Of a stretch of 64,000 bases of DNA, positions 1 through 9,130 are shown in pieces; position 1 is the stretch's first letter, and each line of letters starts with the position of its first letter. Below the pieces are notes generated by a model. It searched no databases. It worked only from the letters and a program-made list of their open reading frames with translations, and had not been told where the DNA came from. The position numbers and the translations under genes are program-made. Source of the stretch: Acidimicrobiales bacterium (lineage in GTDB: Bacteria; Actinomycetota; Acidimicrobiia; Acidimicrobiales; Poriferisodalaceae). The stretch spans positions 91,461-155,460 of the forward strand of contig CAXXMY010000017.1 in the NCBI GenBank assembly GCA_963663635.2. Reading direction: 5' to 3'.

Positions 1-475
1 TGATGAGCACTATCGCGAAGCGCTCGCCGTCGTTGAGCAGCTTGCCGTGACGCTTCGAGCGTCGCTGCCAGATCATGTGGCCCTCGCCGTGACAGCCGAT
101 CACGGCATGGTGGAGGTGCTCGAGCCGCCGATCATGATCGAGCCCGAGATCGTGGCATTGACGAACGGCTGGTCCGGTGAGGCCAGGATGCTGTGGCTTC
201 ACGCCAACGCCGGCAGCGCTGCAGACCTCGTGGCGGCGTGCGGGCAGTACTCGTCGATGGCCGAGATCGCACCCGTGGAGCGAGTCCTCGACGAGATGTG
301 GCTGGGGCCACACGTCTCGGCAACTGCCCGCGACCGCATCGGTGACGTTGTCTTGGTGCCGCTTGGGACGGAGGCGTTCACGATGCCGGACGAGGATCGG
401 CCCCACCATCCGCTGATCGGTCGTCACGGCGGTTTGACCGCCGAGGAAATGAACGTGCCGTTTGTGGTGCTCTGA
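1..475 (+). CDS. alkaline-phosphatase-superfamily (nucleotide pyrophosphatase/phosphodiesterase-like) protein, C-terminal part; 5' end lies outside the window
   Basis: The reading frame is open from the window edge. Motifs TADHGM and GRHGGLT are typical of AP-superfamily active-site regions. Confidence 0.55.
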   Translation, partial: DEHYREALAVVEQLAVTLRASLPDHVALAVTADHGMVEVLEPPIMIEPEIVALTNGWSGEARMLWLHANAGSAADLVAACGQYSSMAEIAPVERVLDEMWLGPHVSATARDRIGDVVLVPLGTEAFTMPDEDRPHHPLIGRHGGLTAEEMNVPFVVL

Positions 476-546
476 CGCCCGCAATCTCGCCACGAAAGCC
501 TTGCTGCCCAACCGAATCAGCACCCGTTCTCGATAGCCTCGTCGCG

Positions 547-1047
547 ATGGTCGGCGATATCGCCCAAGGTCCAGAACACGCGGTGTTGTTGAACCGCGGG
601 TCGGTTGAAGAGGGCGGCGTCGCGGTCGAGGAAGAGCCCTTCGTGCCCGAGCCCGCAAAGCTCATGCGCATCGGCGGCATGATTCGCAAGCTTCTCGAGG
701 AAGTTCGGCATGCAGATCTCGACGAGGCTGGGCGCGATCGGATGCGGGACGTGTACTACCTCTCGGTCAGCGAGCTGTCCGAAGCCCTGTCCGAGTCGCT
801 TGCCGACGAGCTCAACCGTCTCGCACTGCCGTTTGACGAAGAGACCCCCACTGGCCCAGAGCTGAGAATCGCCCAAGCTCAGCTGGTGGGATGGCTCGAG
901 GGTCTCTTTCACGGCATTCAGGCGGCCGTCTCAGCCCAGCAGATGATGGCCGAGCGGCAATTGCGCAGCATGCGCGGCAATGCGCTCGAGGCCGGCTCAG
1001 GATCGACGCAGGATCCGCGTCCCGAGCGCGGCGGTGTCTACCTGTGA
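547..1047 (+). CDS. bpa: bacterial proteasome activator Bpa (PafE) family protein
   Basis: Strong resemblance to mycobacterial Bpa: PAKLMRIGGMIRKLLEEVR, ELRIAQAQLVGWLEGLFHGIQ, and a C-terminal G-x-YL tail (GGVYL). The exact start is uncertain. Confidence 0.85.
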   Translation: MVGDIAQGPEHAVLLNRGSVEEGGVAVEEEPFVPEPAKLMRIGGMIRKLLEEVRHADLDEAGRDRMRDVYYLSVSELSEALSESLADELNRLALPFDEETPTGPELRIAQAQLVGWLEGLFHGIQAAVSAQQMMAERQLRSMRGNALEAGSGSTQDPRPERGGVYL

Positions 1048-1188
1048 TCGGGGTGGCGTCCCCTCCGCGGCCATGGTGCCGTTCGTCAAGCGCCGCTCTT
1101 GCAAGGGGCGCGTTCGCGCGCCGGACTCAGGGGTTGGCCGTGGGGTTGACGGGCCTGCTCACAAGCACCTGACGGGGGCAATGAACCG

Positions 1189-1854
1189 ATGGCGCTCGAG
1201 GTAGAAACCAAGGATTGCACGGCGCTCAGCGACAGCGAGATCTCTGAGATGGCTGAATTGGTCAGCGGCGAGAGTGTGTACTTCGACGTCGGGCACCTCT
1301 CCAAGCAGCGCGACGCGTGGGTGCTGGTGACCCACGTCCGCGACGGGTCGCGGCTGGTTGCCTACGGCTTTTGCACCCTCGAACGAGTGGGCGGAGACCC
1401 GACGGTGCTCATGGGTGCGGGCGCGACCAAGCGATCTGCCCGCCGCGACAGCGCCTTGCGGGCGATGGTCAACAACCAGCTGCGCCGCGCCGTACTGGCA
1501 TTTCCCGACGAGGACGTGCTGGTGGCCGCACAGATGGCCGATGCAGCGGCCTTCACTGCCTTCAAGCCCCTCGATCGGGTGGTGCCGCGTCCGGGCTACG
1601 AGCCCAATGGCGAGGACCGGGCCTGGGGACGGCGTCTCGCCAAGCGATTCGACGTGCAGGGCGAGTACAAGGCCCGAGAATTCCGCGTGTACGGAGACGG
1701 CGGCCCCTCCTTCGTCTTGAACCACACTCCGGCGCGACCCGAGGCGGTCCCCGCCGGCGTCGCTGCGCTGTTCGATGGATACGACACTCAGAACGGCGAT
1801 GCGATGATCGCGTTCGGCTGGGCCAGCCGCGAGGACCTCGCGAAGCTCCTGTAG
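1189..1854 (+). CDS. hypothetical protein
   Basis: Long ORF with coding-like composition that fills the gap between neighbouring genes. No motif recognised. Confidence 0.45.
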   Translation: MALEVETKDCTALSDSEISEMAELVSGESVYFDVGHLSKQRDAWVLVTHVRDGSRLVAYGFCTLERVGGDPTVLMGAGATKRSARRDSALRAMVNNQLRRAVLAFPDEDVLVAAQMADAAAFTAFKPLDRVVPRPGYEPNGEDRAWGRRLAKRFDVQGEYKAREFRVYGDGGPSFVLNHTPARPEAVPAGVAALFDGYDTQNGDAMIAFGWASREDLAKLL

Positions 1855-1902
1855 CCGACGCCCGTACCGCCGGGACGAAGCTGCTTCTCCGCAAGCCGAG
1901 AA

Positions 1903-2547
1903 ATGGAATTCGCCGACCTCGTCCGCCGTCGACGGATGACCCGGGAATTCCTGGCGGATCCGGTCGACGACGCCGTGCTCGAACGAGTCTTCTCCGCCGC
2001 CAGTCGGGTGCCGTCTGCAGGGAATGCGCAGGGCTGTGACCTTGTCGTGCTGGTTGGCCCAGCCGAGACAGCCCGCTACTGGGATACGGCATTGCCCCCA
2101 TCGCGGCGGGAGACCTTCCGATGGAAAGGGTTGCTGGTGTGTCCGGTGCTGGTGACCGTATGGGCAGATCCGGCGGCCTATGTGGCCCGCTACGCCGAAG
2201 CGGACAAGCAGCGGACCGGGCTGGGTGCGGGCCCCGATGCCTGGTCCACGCCCTACTGGATCGTGGACGCGTCATTCGCAGCCATGGCGCTGCAGTACGC
2301 CGCATTGGACGAGGGACTCGGCGTGCTGTTCTTCGGCATGTTCGAACATGCGCCGACGGTCGCGGCAGCGCTGGGCGTGCCCACAGGTCACGAACCGATC
2401 GGCACCCTCGCGATCGGCTGGCCCGACGCCGGCCGGAGCGAGGTCCCCGGCGCAAGCGCCGGCCGGCAGCGGCGTCCGATGTTCAACGACGGGGACACGT
2501 CCGGATCGATGCGCCCGCTGGTGCACCGGGGCTGGTATCGGGCTTGA
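1903..2547 (+). CDS. nitroreductase family protein
   Basis: N-terminal RRRRMTREF and SAGNAQG motifs, and a length typical of the NADH-oxidase/flavin-reductase nitroreductase fold. Confidence 0.8.
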   Translation: MEFADLVRRRRMTREFLADPVDDAVLERVFSAASRVPSAGNAQGCDLVVLVGPAETARYWDTALPPSRRETFRWKGLLVCPVLVTVWADPAAYVARYAEADKQRTGLGAGPDAWSTPYWIVDASFAAMALQYAALDEGLGVLFFGMFEHAPTVAAALGVPTGHEPIGTLAIGWPDAGRSEVPGASAGRQRRPMFNDGDTSGSMRPLVHRGWYRA

Positions 2548-2717
2548 TCGCCCGGCGGCCGGTGCCCGGTGCGGCACTCCGGGCAGCGGGAGGGCTCGCT
2601 GCTACATTCGTGCTGCGGAGTTGTTGTGCATTGCCGGTGCGGGCCGGTGCCGGAGCTGTGTCGTGCCTGCTGAGCTGTTGCCGCGTGCGAGGTAGTTGCG
2701 AGAGAGGAACGCCTGCA

Positions 2718-3122
2718 GTGGCAGATCAGATGTCCATGGTGGAATACCTGATGCTGGGTGATGGCGACCCGCATCTGGTGGCCAACGTCTGCGATTCCTG
2801 TGGAACCACATTCTTGGACCGGCGCAACGCTTGCGCCGCCTGCGGGGCTCGGGACTTCTCCCAGAAACGGCTTTCCAACACCGGCGCCGTGCGGACGTTC
2901 ACGATCGTGCATCGAGCGGCCCGTGGCGTGCCGGCACCCTACGTCTCGGCGGTGATCGATCTCGACGGTGGCGGCCGGGTCAAGAGCAACATCGTCAATA
3001 TCGAGCCCACGCCTGAGAGGGTGAATCTCGGCATGCGAGTGCAGCTCGCCACCTACGTCACCGCAACCGACGACGACGGCACCGAAGCCGTCGCCTTCGG
3101 CTACGAACCCGAATCTGCCTGA
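2718..3122 (+). CDS. Zn-ribbon / OB-fold (DUF35) protein, partner of thiolase-like enzymes
   Basis: CDSCG...CAACG zinc ribbon followed by an OB-fold-like region. An AGAGAGGAA RBS precedes GTG 2718 (alternative ATG at 2730). The 333-aa ORF in the track is an upstream over-extension. Confidence 0.75.
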   Translation: MADQMSMVEYLMLGDGDPHLVANVCDSCGTTFLDRRNACAACGARDFSQKRLSNTGAVRTFTIVHRAARGVPAPYVSAVIDLDGGGRVKSNIVNIEPTPERVNLGMRVQLATYVTATDDDGTEAVAFGYEPESA

Positions 3123-3148
3123 CACCTGCTTCACCTAGGAGAATTCTC

Positions 3149-4360
3149 ATGAGCAACCAAGACCCCGTCTGGATCCTCGGCGCATCGATGACCAAGTTCG
3201 GTCGCTACGCCGACAAGGACCTCATCGACCTTGCCGCCCAAGCGTCGCTGGGGGCTCTCGACGACGGCGGCGTGACGATGGCCGAGATGGACGTGCTGGC
3301 CGCAGGATGTCTGTACGAAGCCAACGGAGGGGTCGGACAGCGGCTGCAGAAGCAGCTCGGCCAGACTGGCATTCCCGTGTTCAACGTGGCCAACGCCTGC
3401 GCCACCGGAGCGACGGCCGTGCGCACTGTCATGATGGCCATCAAGGCCGACGAGGCACAGATGGGGCTCGCCGTCGGCGTGGAGCAGATGGGCAAGATGG
3501 GCATGCTCGGTGCCGACCGCGCTGCCCGCTCCGACAAGCAGGTGTTCGAGCGCAAGGGCCGCTTCGGCTCCGTGGTCGGCACCGAGGGCCGGCTGGGCAC
3601 CAACATGATGCCCGGCGTCTTCGCACAGGCCGGCATGGAGTACGCCTATGAGAACGACGGCGTAGGTTTCGAGCAATTCGCCAAAGTGGCTCAAAAGAAC
3701 CACGAGCACTCGACGCTCAACCCGCTGGCGCAGTATCGCAAAGCGTTCACGCTGGAAGAAGTGATGGCATCCGAGGTAATCGCCTACCCCAACACGCTGC
3801 TGATGTGCTGCCCGACGGGTGATGGCTCGGCTGCGGTGGTGCTGGTTTCCGACGAGAAGCTGAGGACGCTGTCACGCGAGCAGCAGCGGCGGGCGGTCAA
3901 GGTCTCGGCGTCGGTGCTGACGTCGGATCCGTGGACTGAGGGTTGCCAGGTTCAGCCGGATGTGAACACCCTGACCCGCAACGCCGCCGATGCGGCCTAC
4001 GAGGCCTCGGGCGTGGATCCGGCCGATCTCGACTTGGTAGAGCTGCACGACTGCTTCGCCACGGCCGAGCTTCGTCACTACGACAACTTGCGGCTGTGCG
4101 AGCCTGGCGGCGCCGGCGACTGGATCGACAAGGGCGGCCCGTGGCGTGACGGCGAGATCCCCGTCAACGTGTCCGGGGGCCTGCTGTCCAAGGGACATCC
4201 GATCGGCGCAACCGGCGTGGCCAACCTGTTCGAGGTTGCTACGCATATACGTGGCGAGGCGGGCGACCGCCAGGTTCCCGACGCCAAGGTCGGTCTGGCG
4301 CACGTAATCGGACTCGGCTCCAGCTGCGGCGTGCACATCCTGGAGCGCTCGGGCCTCTAG
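3149..4360 (+). CDS. thiolase-like / SCP-x-type lipid-transfer thiolase
   Basis: Thiolase fold motifs (NVANACATGATA active-site Cys region; C-terminal GHPIGATG and GLGSSCG). Classic pairing with the upstream DUF35 gene. Confidence 0.85.
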   Translation: MSNQDPVWILGASMTKFGRYADKDLIDLAAQASLGALDDGGVTMAEMDVLAAGCLYEANGGVGQRLQKQLGQTGIPVFNVANACATGATAVRTVMMAIKADEAQMGLAVGVEQMGKMGMLGADRAARSDKQVFERKGRFGSVVGTEGRLGTNMMPGVFAQAGMEYAYENDGVGFEQFAKVAQKNHEHSTLNPLAQYRKAFTLEEVMASEVIAYPNTLLMCCPTGDGSAAVVLVSDEKLRTLSREQQRRAVKVSASVLTSDPWTEGCQVQPDVNTLTRNAADAAYEASGVDPADLDLVELHDCFATAELRHYDNLRLCEPGGAGDWIDKGGPWRDGEIPVNVSGGLLSKGHPIGATGVANLFEVATHIRGEAGDRQVPDAKVGLAHVIGLGSSCGVHILERSGL

Positions 4361-4534
4361 GCCGAGCGCGACCATCAGATACTGACGATCAAGCCTGTGC
4401 AGAATCCATGGGTTTCCGGTAGGAGGGTGTCCCTACTCTTGCACGAGGTCCAGCCTCTCCGGGTGGGAAGCGCCTTACGGACTCGGCCCTCACCCGGCTG
4501 AGGCTGGCCTCCACCACGAGTGTAGTTATGAAGC

Positions 4535-5422
4535 TCAGTCGTTGAACGCCTCAATTGTGGGCGTCAGTTCGTCGAGATGCTGCAGCGTCTCATCCGCCGA
4601 CGGCAGATCGAAATTCACCGGTGTGAACACGAACTGGCTGACTCCCGCTTCGGCGTAGGACTCGAGCCGGTCCATCCGCGGGCGTCCCCACACGTACAGC
4701 GTGATGGGGATGTCGTCTGCGTTCTCTCGACCCGCTTCGGCCGCCAGCCGCCGGAAGCGTGCGATCCCGCCGACGACGTCGGGCTTGCCGGTGAAGTTCA
4801 TCACGCCGACATCGATGGGACACCATTCGTCGGCGTATTCCGCTGCATGCTGGATGCCCAGCGGACCGGCATTGCCCAATGCGATGGGAACCGAACCGTT
4901 CGCCGGTTTGGGGTAGATCCACGACTCGCTGTGGCTGTCCCATCGGCCATCGAAGGCTGGAACTGGGTCGTGCGCCCAGATGGAACGCATGGCGGCCACT
5001 CGCTCGCGCATAGCGCCGTAGCGCTGGCGGAACGGCATGTCGGGCCGATGATCGGCAAGTTCCTCCACGTTCCAGCCGACGCCGATGCCGAGCACGACGC
5101 GTCCGTCCGACAGCACATCGGTTGAGGCAACCGTCTGGGCGAGGTCGATCAGGTCGTGTTGCAGGATGAGGCAGATGCCGGTGCCCAGCTTGATGGATGA
5201 GGTCCGCGCGGCTGCAACGCCCATCGATACAAACGGATCCATCATGTGGAGGTAGGTGCCCGGCAGCTGTCCGCCATTCGGATACGGGCTCTGGCGAGAT
5301 GTTGGGATATGAGTGTGCTCGGGGTACCAAACCGAGTAGTAGCCACGCTCTTCGAGTTCCTGGGCGAGGTCGCCCGGATCGATGCCGCCGAAATGATTGC
5401 CTGTGAGATACCCAAATTTCAT
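4535..5422 (-). CDS. LLM-class F420-dependent oxidoreductase
   Basis: MKFGY start, WYPEHTH and GIGVGWNVEE motifs of luciferase-like monooxygenase family F420 enzymes. Confidence 0.85.
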   Translation of the reverse strand: MKFGYLTGNHFGGIDPGDLAQELEERGYYSVWYPEHTHIPTSRQSPYPNGGQLPGTYLHMMDPFVSMGVAAARTSSIKLGTGICLILQHDLIDLAQTVASTDVLSDGRVVLGIGVGWNVEELADHRPDMPFRQRYGAMRERVAAMRSIWAHDPVPAFDGRWDSHSESWIYPKPANGSVPIALGNAGPLGIQHAAEYADEWCPIDVGVMNFTGKPDVVGGIARFRRLAAEAGRENADDIPITLYVWGRPRMDRLESYAEAGVSQFVFTPVNFDLPSADETLQHLDELTPTIEAFND

Positions 5423-5489
5423 GGCGCGCAGCTTAGGCAGTGGGTGTGCGCCGAGCCCGGGGCGGGGCAGGATCAGCCCCGGCGGTATC

Positions 5490-5539
5490 GATTGCGCGGC
5501 GGCTAGCCGTGACGGTGTTGATTGCGCCGCGGCTAGCCG
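5490..5539. repeat. two tandem copies (period 30 nt) of a 20-nt unit containing the palindrome GCGGCTAGCCGC; the second copy holds the SDR stop codon
   Basis: gattgcgcggcggctagccg at 5490-5509 and gattgcgccgcggctagccg at 5520-5539. Confidence 0.8.
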
Positions 5540-6327
5540 CGGCCGACGAGCGGCATGCCGTTGGCCATCACCGTCATCGTCAGCACGTTGGTGTCAGCTG
5601 GCAGCCCGGCCATGTAGAGCACCGCCCGAGCTACGTCGTCGACATGCATCAATGGCTCCGACCGCACCGTTCCGTCAGGCTGTAGCACGCCCGACGCCAT
5701 GGCCTCGGTCAGCGGCGATTCCGCATTGCCGATGTCGATCTGGCCGACGGTGATGTTGTTCTCGCGACCTTCGAGCGACAGGGCCTTGGTGAGACCGGTG
5801 ATCGCATGCTTGGTGGCGGTGTACGGAGACGAATAGGGGCGCGGTGTCTGCGCCGACACCGACCCGTTGTTGATGATGCGGCCGCCAGAGGGACGCTGTC
5901 GCTTCATCTGGGCAAAAGCGGCACGGGCGCAGAGCCACGAGCCGGTGAGATTCACGGCGACGGTCGCCAACCAGTCGTCGACCGGCAATTCGTCCACCGG
6001 CATCGGTCGGGTTCCCATGCCGGCGTTGTTGAACAGCAGGTCGACACGGCCGAACTGGTCTGTGGCCGCAGCGAACAGTGCATCGACCTGTTCGGGCTGC
6101 GAGACGTCAGCGGTGACAGCGAGCGCTTCACCCGCACACAGCCCCACTACCTCGTCGAGCAGCTTTGTGCGGCGGCCACAGATGACCACCTTCCAGCCGG
6201 CGGCCGAGAGCGCCAGCGCGCATGCCTTGCCAACGCCGGTGCCGCCTCCGGTGATGACCGCCAACCGGCCGCGAGCACCATCTTCGTTCGAAGCAGCACC
6301 TGTATCGCCTGCTTGTTGTGCGTTCAC
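5533..6327 (-). CDS. SDR family oxidoreductase
   Basis: TGGGTGVGKA Rossmann motif, NNAG, and the catalytic Y-x3-K region (YTATKHA). Proposed start is GTG 6327, preceded by GGAGGGAGG and overlapping the glnS stop as GTGA. Confidence 0.8.
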   Translation of the reverse strand: MNAQQAGDTGAASNEDGARGRLAVITGGGTGVGKACALALSAAGWKVVICGRRTKLLDEVVGLCAGEALAVTADVSQPEQVDALFAAATDQFGRVDLLFNNAGMGTRPMPVDELPVDDWLATVAVNLTGSWLCARAAFAQMKRQRPSGGRIINNGSVSAQTPRPYSSPYTATKHAITGLTKALSLEGRENNITVGQIDIGNAESPLTEAMASGVLQPDGTVRSEPLMHVDDVARAVLYMAGLPADTNVLTMTVMANGMPLVGRG

Positions 6328-8123
6328 GTGGCCTCCCTCCGTGGCTGCCTGCCGCCCCTCTCGGACCCCTGCTTGGCGCTCTGCTTGGGAGCTTGGGCCC
6401 GGCGCTTTTGGATGTTGGCCCACTCGTCGCGCAGGCCGACCGCGCGATGGAACAGCAATGCCGATTCGCTGTCGGTGCAGAAGTAGCCGAGCCGTTCGAA
6501 CTGCACGACCGCCCCACCGGCAACCTCCGCGATTGCCGGCTCGGCGACGGCATCGGTGACGATCTCGCGCGAGGCGGGGTGCACGTCGTCGAGCGGGTCT
6601 CCGGTGCGGTCACCTGGCAACTCGGCGTCGAAGAGCCGTTCGTAGAGCGCCGCGGTGATCGGCACGGCGTGCGCGGCGCTGACCCAGTGAATCGTTGCCT
6701 TGACCTTGCGGCCATCAGGCGCCTGGCCACCCGATGTCTGCGGGTCGTAGGTGCAGTGCACTTCGGTCACGTTCCCGTCGTTGTCAGTGACCGCATCGGT
6801 GCACCGCACCAAGTAGCCAGCCCGCAGCCGAACCTCCCGTCCTGGGGTCAACCGGAAGTACTTCGGCGGCGGATCGAGCCGGAAGTCGTCCTGCTCGATC
6901 CACAGCGTCCCGCTGAAGGGCACCTGTCTCGTGCCCGCTGCAGGGTTCTCGGGATTGTTGACCGCCTCCCGAAGCTCGGTGACGGGCACACCGTCGTCAT
7001 CGGTGGGCCAGTTGGTGATGACGAGCTTCAGTGGTCGCAGAACGGCCATGCGGCGAGGCGCTGTGGCATTCAGTTCCGTTCGCACGAACGATTCGAGCAA
7101 TTCGGGTGCGTGGCGGCTGTTGGTGCGTGCAACACCGATGTAAACGCAGAAGTCTCGAATTGCCGCCGGGGGATATCCGCGCCGCCGCAGGGCCCGCAAT
7201 GTCGGCAGCCGGGGATCATCCCAGCCGTCCACGTGCCCGCCCTCCACCAGGCGGCGCAGGACCCGCTTGGAGGTGACCGTGTGAGTCAGCTCCAATCGGG
7301 CGAATTCGGTCTGGTAGGGACGACCGCCGGTGTGGCCGAGCTCGTCGAGCGGCAGGTGATCCAGATACCAGTCGTACAGGGTCCGGTTGTCGCGGAATTC
7401 CAGCGTGCACAGCGAATGTGTGACGCCCTCGATGGCATCGCTCTGGCCGTGTGCCCAGTCGTAGGTGGGGTAGATGCACCAGCGGTCGCCGCTGCGGTAA
7501 TGGTGCTCGTGGCGGATGCGATACATCACCGGGTCGCGCATCTGCATGTTCTCGTGCTGCATGTCGATGCGAGCCCGCAGCACCCGGCTGCCGTCGGGAT
7601 GCTGGCCCGCCGCCATCTCCCGGAACAGGCGCAAGTTCTCTTCGATCGGCCGGTCGCGGGAGGGGCTGTCAGTGCCGGGGCGACCGAAGCCTCCGCGCCC
7701 GACTGAGATAGCTTCCGCGTCCTGATCCTCGATGTAGGCCAGGCCTCGTTCGATCAGCAGCTCGGCCCACGCGTACAGCTGCTCGAAGTAGTCAGAGGCG
7801 TAACGGATGTCTTGTGGTTCGAAGCCGAGCCAGGCAAGGTCTTCGACCATGGCATCGACGTACTCAGGACTCTCGGTGGCGGGGTTCGTGTCGTCGAAGC
7901 GCAAGAAGCAGCGCCCGCCGTACTCGGTGGCGACGGTGAAGTCGAGACAGATTGCTTTGGCATGCCCGATGTGGAGATACCCGTTGGGCTCGGGAGGGAA
8001 GCGGGTCTGGACCCGACCGGCGAACCGGTCGGAGGCGAGATCCGCCTCGACAAGATCCCGAATGAAGTCACGCCCGCTGCCGTCGCCCGATGAAGGGTTC
8101 GAAGCGGAAGAGCGGGAAGGCAC
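6324..8123 (-). CDS. glnS: glutamine--tRNA ligase
   Basis: Class I HIGH (NGYLHIGHAK) and KMSKS-like (VTSKR) motifs, plus RFDDTNP and other GlnRS-specific blocks. Has a basic C-terminal tail. Confidence 0.9.
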   Translation of the reverse strand: MPSRSSASNPSSGDGSGRDFIRDLVEADLASDRFAGRVQTRFPPEPNGYLHIGHAKAICLDFTVATEYGGRCFLRFDDTNPATESPEYVDAMVEDLAWLGFEPQDIRYASDYFEQLYAWAELLIERGLAYIEDQDAEAISVGRGGFGRPGTDSPSRDRPIEENLRLFREMAAGQHPDGSRVLRARIDMQHENMQMRDPVMYRIRHEHHYRSGDRWCIYPTYDWAHGQSDAIEGVTHSLCTLEFRDNRTLYDWYLDHLPLDELGHTGGRPYQTEFARLELTHTVTSKRVLRRLVEGGHVDGWDDPRLPTLRALRRRGYPPAAIRDFCVYIGVARTNSRHAPELLESFVRTELNATAPRRMAVLRPLKLVITNWPTDDDGVPVTELREAVNNPENPAAGTRQVPFSGTLWIEQDDFRLDPPPKYFRLTPGREVRLRAGYLVRCTDAVTDNDGNVTEVHCTYDPQTSGGQAPDGRKVKATIHWVSAAHAVPITAALYERLFDAELPGDRTGDPLDDVHPASREIVTDAVAEPAIAEVAGGAVVQFERLGYFCTDSESALLFHRAVGLRDEWANIQKRRAQAPKQSAKQGSERGGRQPRREAT

Positions 8124-8129
8124 GGCTCC

Positions 8130-9026
8130 TCAAGCGTCAACGGTGACGTGCGGCGGCGGCCAGACGCCCGCGACGATTCCGGTCTCAACCAAGTATCCGG
8201 TGATGCGCTCGAGGCGCCCGAGCAAGGCTTCGAATTCGTCGGCGGTCAGGGCTTCGGCGGCTGCGGACGACAGGCGGTCCGTGTCGTGCTCAACGGCTCT
8301 GCGTGCGGCGTTGCCGTCGGGGGTCTGCTCGCCGTCGGGGGTGATCCAGCCGCGATCGATAAGGCGATGGCACGCTGCGTCCCATTCTTCGGCGCTCCAG
8401 CCGCGAATCTTCTGGATGGTGGCGCCGTTGCCATGCCCCCCCGTGGTCATCATGACGTGGCATTCGACGGGATCCAGGTCGCCAGCTGCGAGCGCGATGT
8501 TGTGGCCGTCGAAGCGGAACTCGCGCAGCAGCGTGCAGCCGTGCCAGAGGTCCATGACGTCGCCCCCGGCATCGGCTCCGGGCCATGGCTCGTCGGCCCA
8601 TGCCGCATACAGCGGCCGGGCACCGATCGGCACACGGTCGGCGAAGCTGCGCAATGCCGCCGCGGCGCCAGAGATATCGTCCGGGTGTGGATAGTCGCCC
8701 AGAGACCGCAGCATGGCCGCTGTGGTCAGTTCCAGCTGACGGGCACGCACCGCATCGGGCGCCATGATGTCCCAGCACGATGGCATCGCCCGTTCCACCA
8801 TGCGTGGAGCGAAGTTGTAGAAGACCGCCGTCACGGTGGCGGCGCTGACCCTGCCCATCGGAGCCGAGCGGTAGGCGAAGTAGGCGTGCCACCAGCCCTT
8901 GAAGCCGTCGTCGTTGAAGCCGTAGATCTCCGGGGAGTAGTAGGCCACGGTATGGATCGGCTCGACCGTGCGGCCCAGCCGCCGGATCGGGCTGCGTCGG
9001 TCTTCAGTGCGGGGGATCTCGCCCAT
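8130..9026 (-). CDS. conserved actinobacterial hypothetical protein (possibly SCO6745-like family)
   Basis: Coding-like ORF. ATG 9026 is preceded by AAGGGAG. The family assignment is from memory only. Confidence 0.55.
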   Translation of the reverse strand: MGEIPRTEDRRSPIRRLGRTVEPIHTVAYYSPEIYGFNDDGFKGWWHAYFAYRSAPMGRVSAATVTAVFYNFAPRMVERAMPSCWDIMAPDAVRARQLELTTAAMLRSLGDYPHPDDISGAAAALRSFADRVPIGARPLYAAWADEPWPGADAGGDVMDLWHGCTLLREFRFDGHNIALAAGDLDPVECHVMMTTGGHGNGATIQKIRGWSAEEWDAACHRLIDRGWITPDGEQTPDGNAARRAVEHDTDRLSSAAAEALTADEFEALLGRLERITGYLVETGIVAGVWPPPHVTVDA

Positions 9027-9130
9027 CTGCGCTCCCTTGATGGAGATCGCCGCAATGGTATGGCGCGGCGGCCCTGACCGCAGTGCTGCGCACAATCCGC
9101 AGACTGGTGCACGGAACTACGGTTTCGCCC

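Noticed and set aside
1562-2455. 297-aa Arg-rich minus-strand ORF
   Set aside because: It is antisense to the nitroreductase gene and to the 3' end of the upstream hypothetical gene. Its extreme Arg/Pro/Ala bias is typical of non-coding frames in GC-rich DNA.
4375-4534. SRP (4.5S) RNA, 6C RNA or a tRNA in the structured intergenic region
   Set aside because: It lacks the conserved SRP domain IV sequence (GGAAGCAGCC-type), C-rich 6C loops and a T-loop (GGTTCGAATCC-type). It is kept only as an unclassified structured element.
6318-7706. 462-aa plus-strand ORF
   Set aside because: It is antisense to glnS (HIGH/KMSKS motifs are on the minus strand), so it is a shadow ORF.
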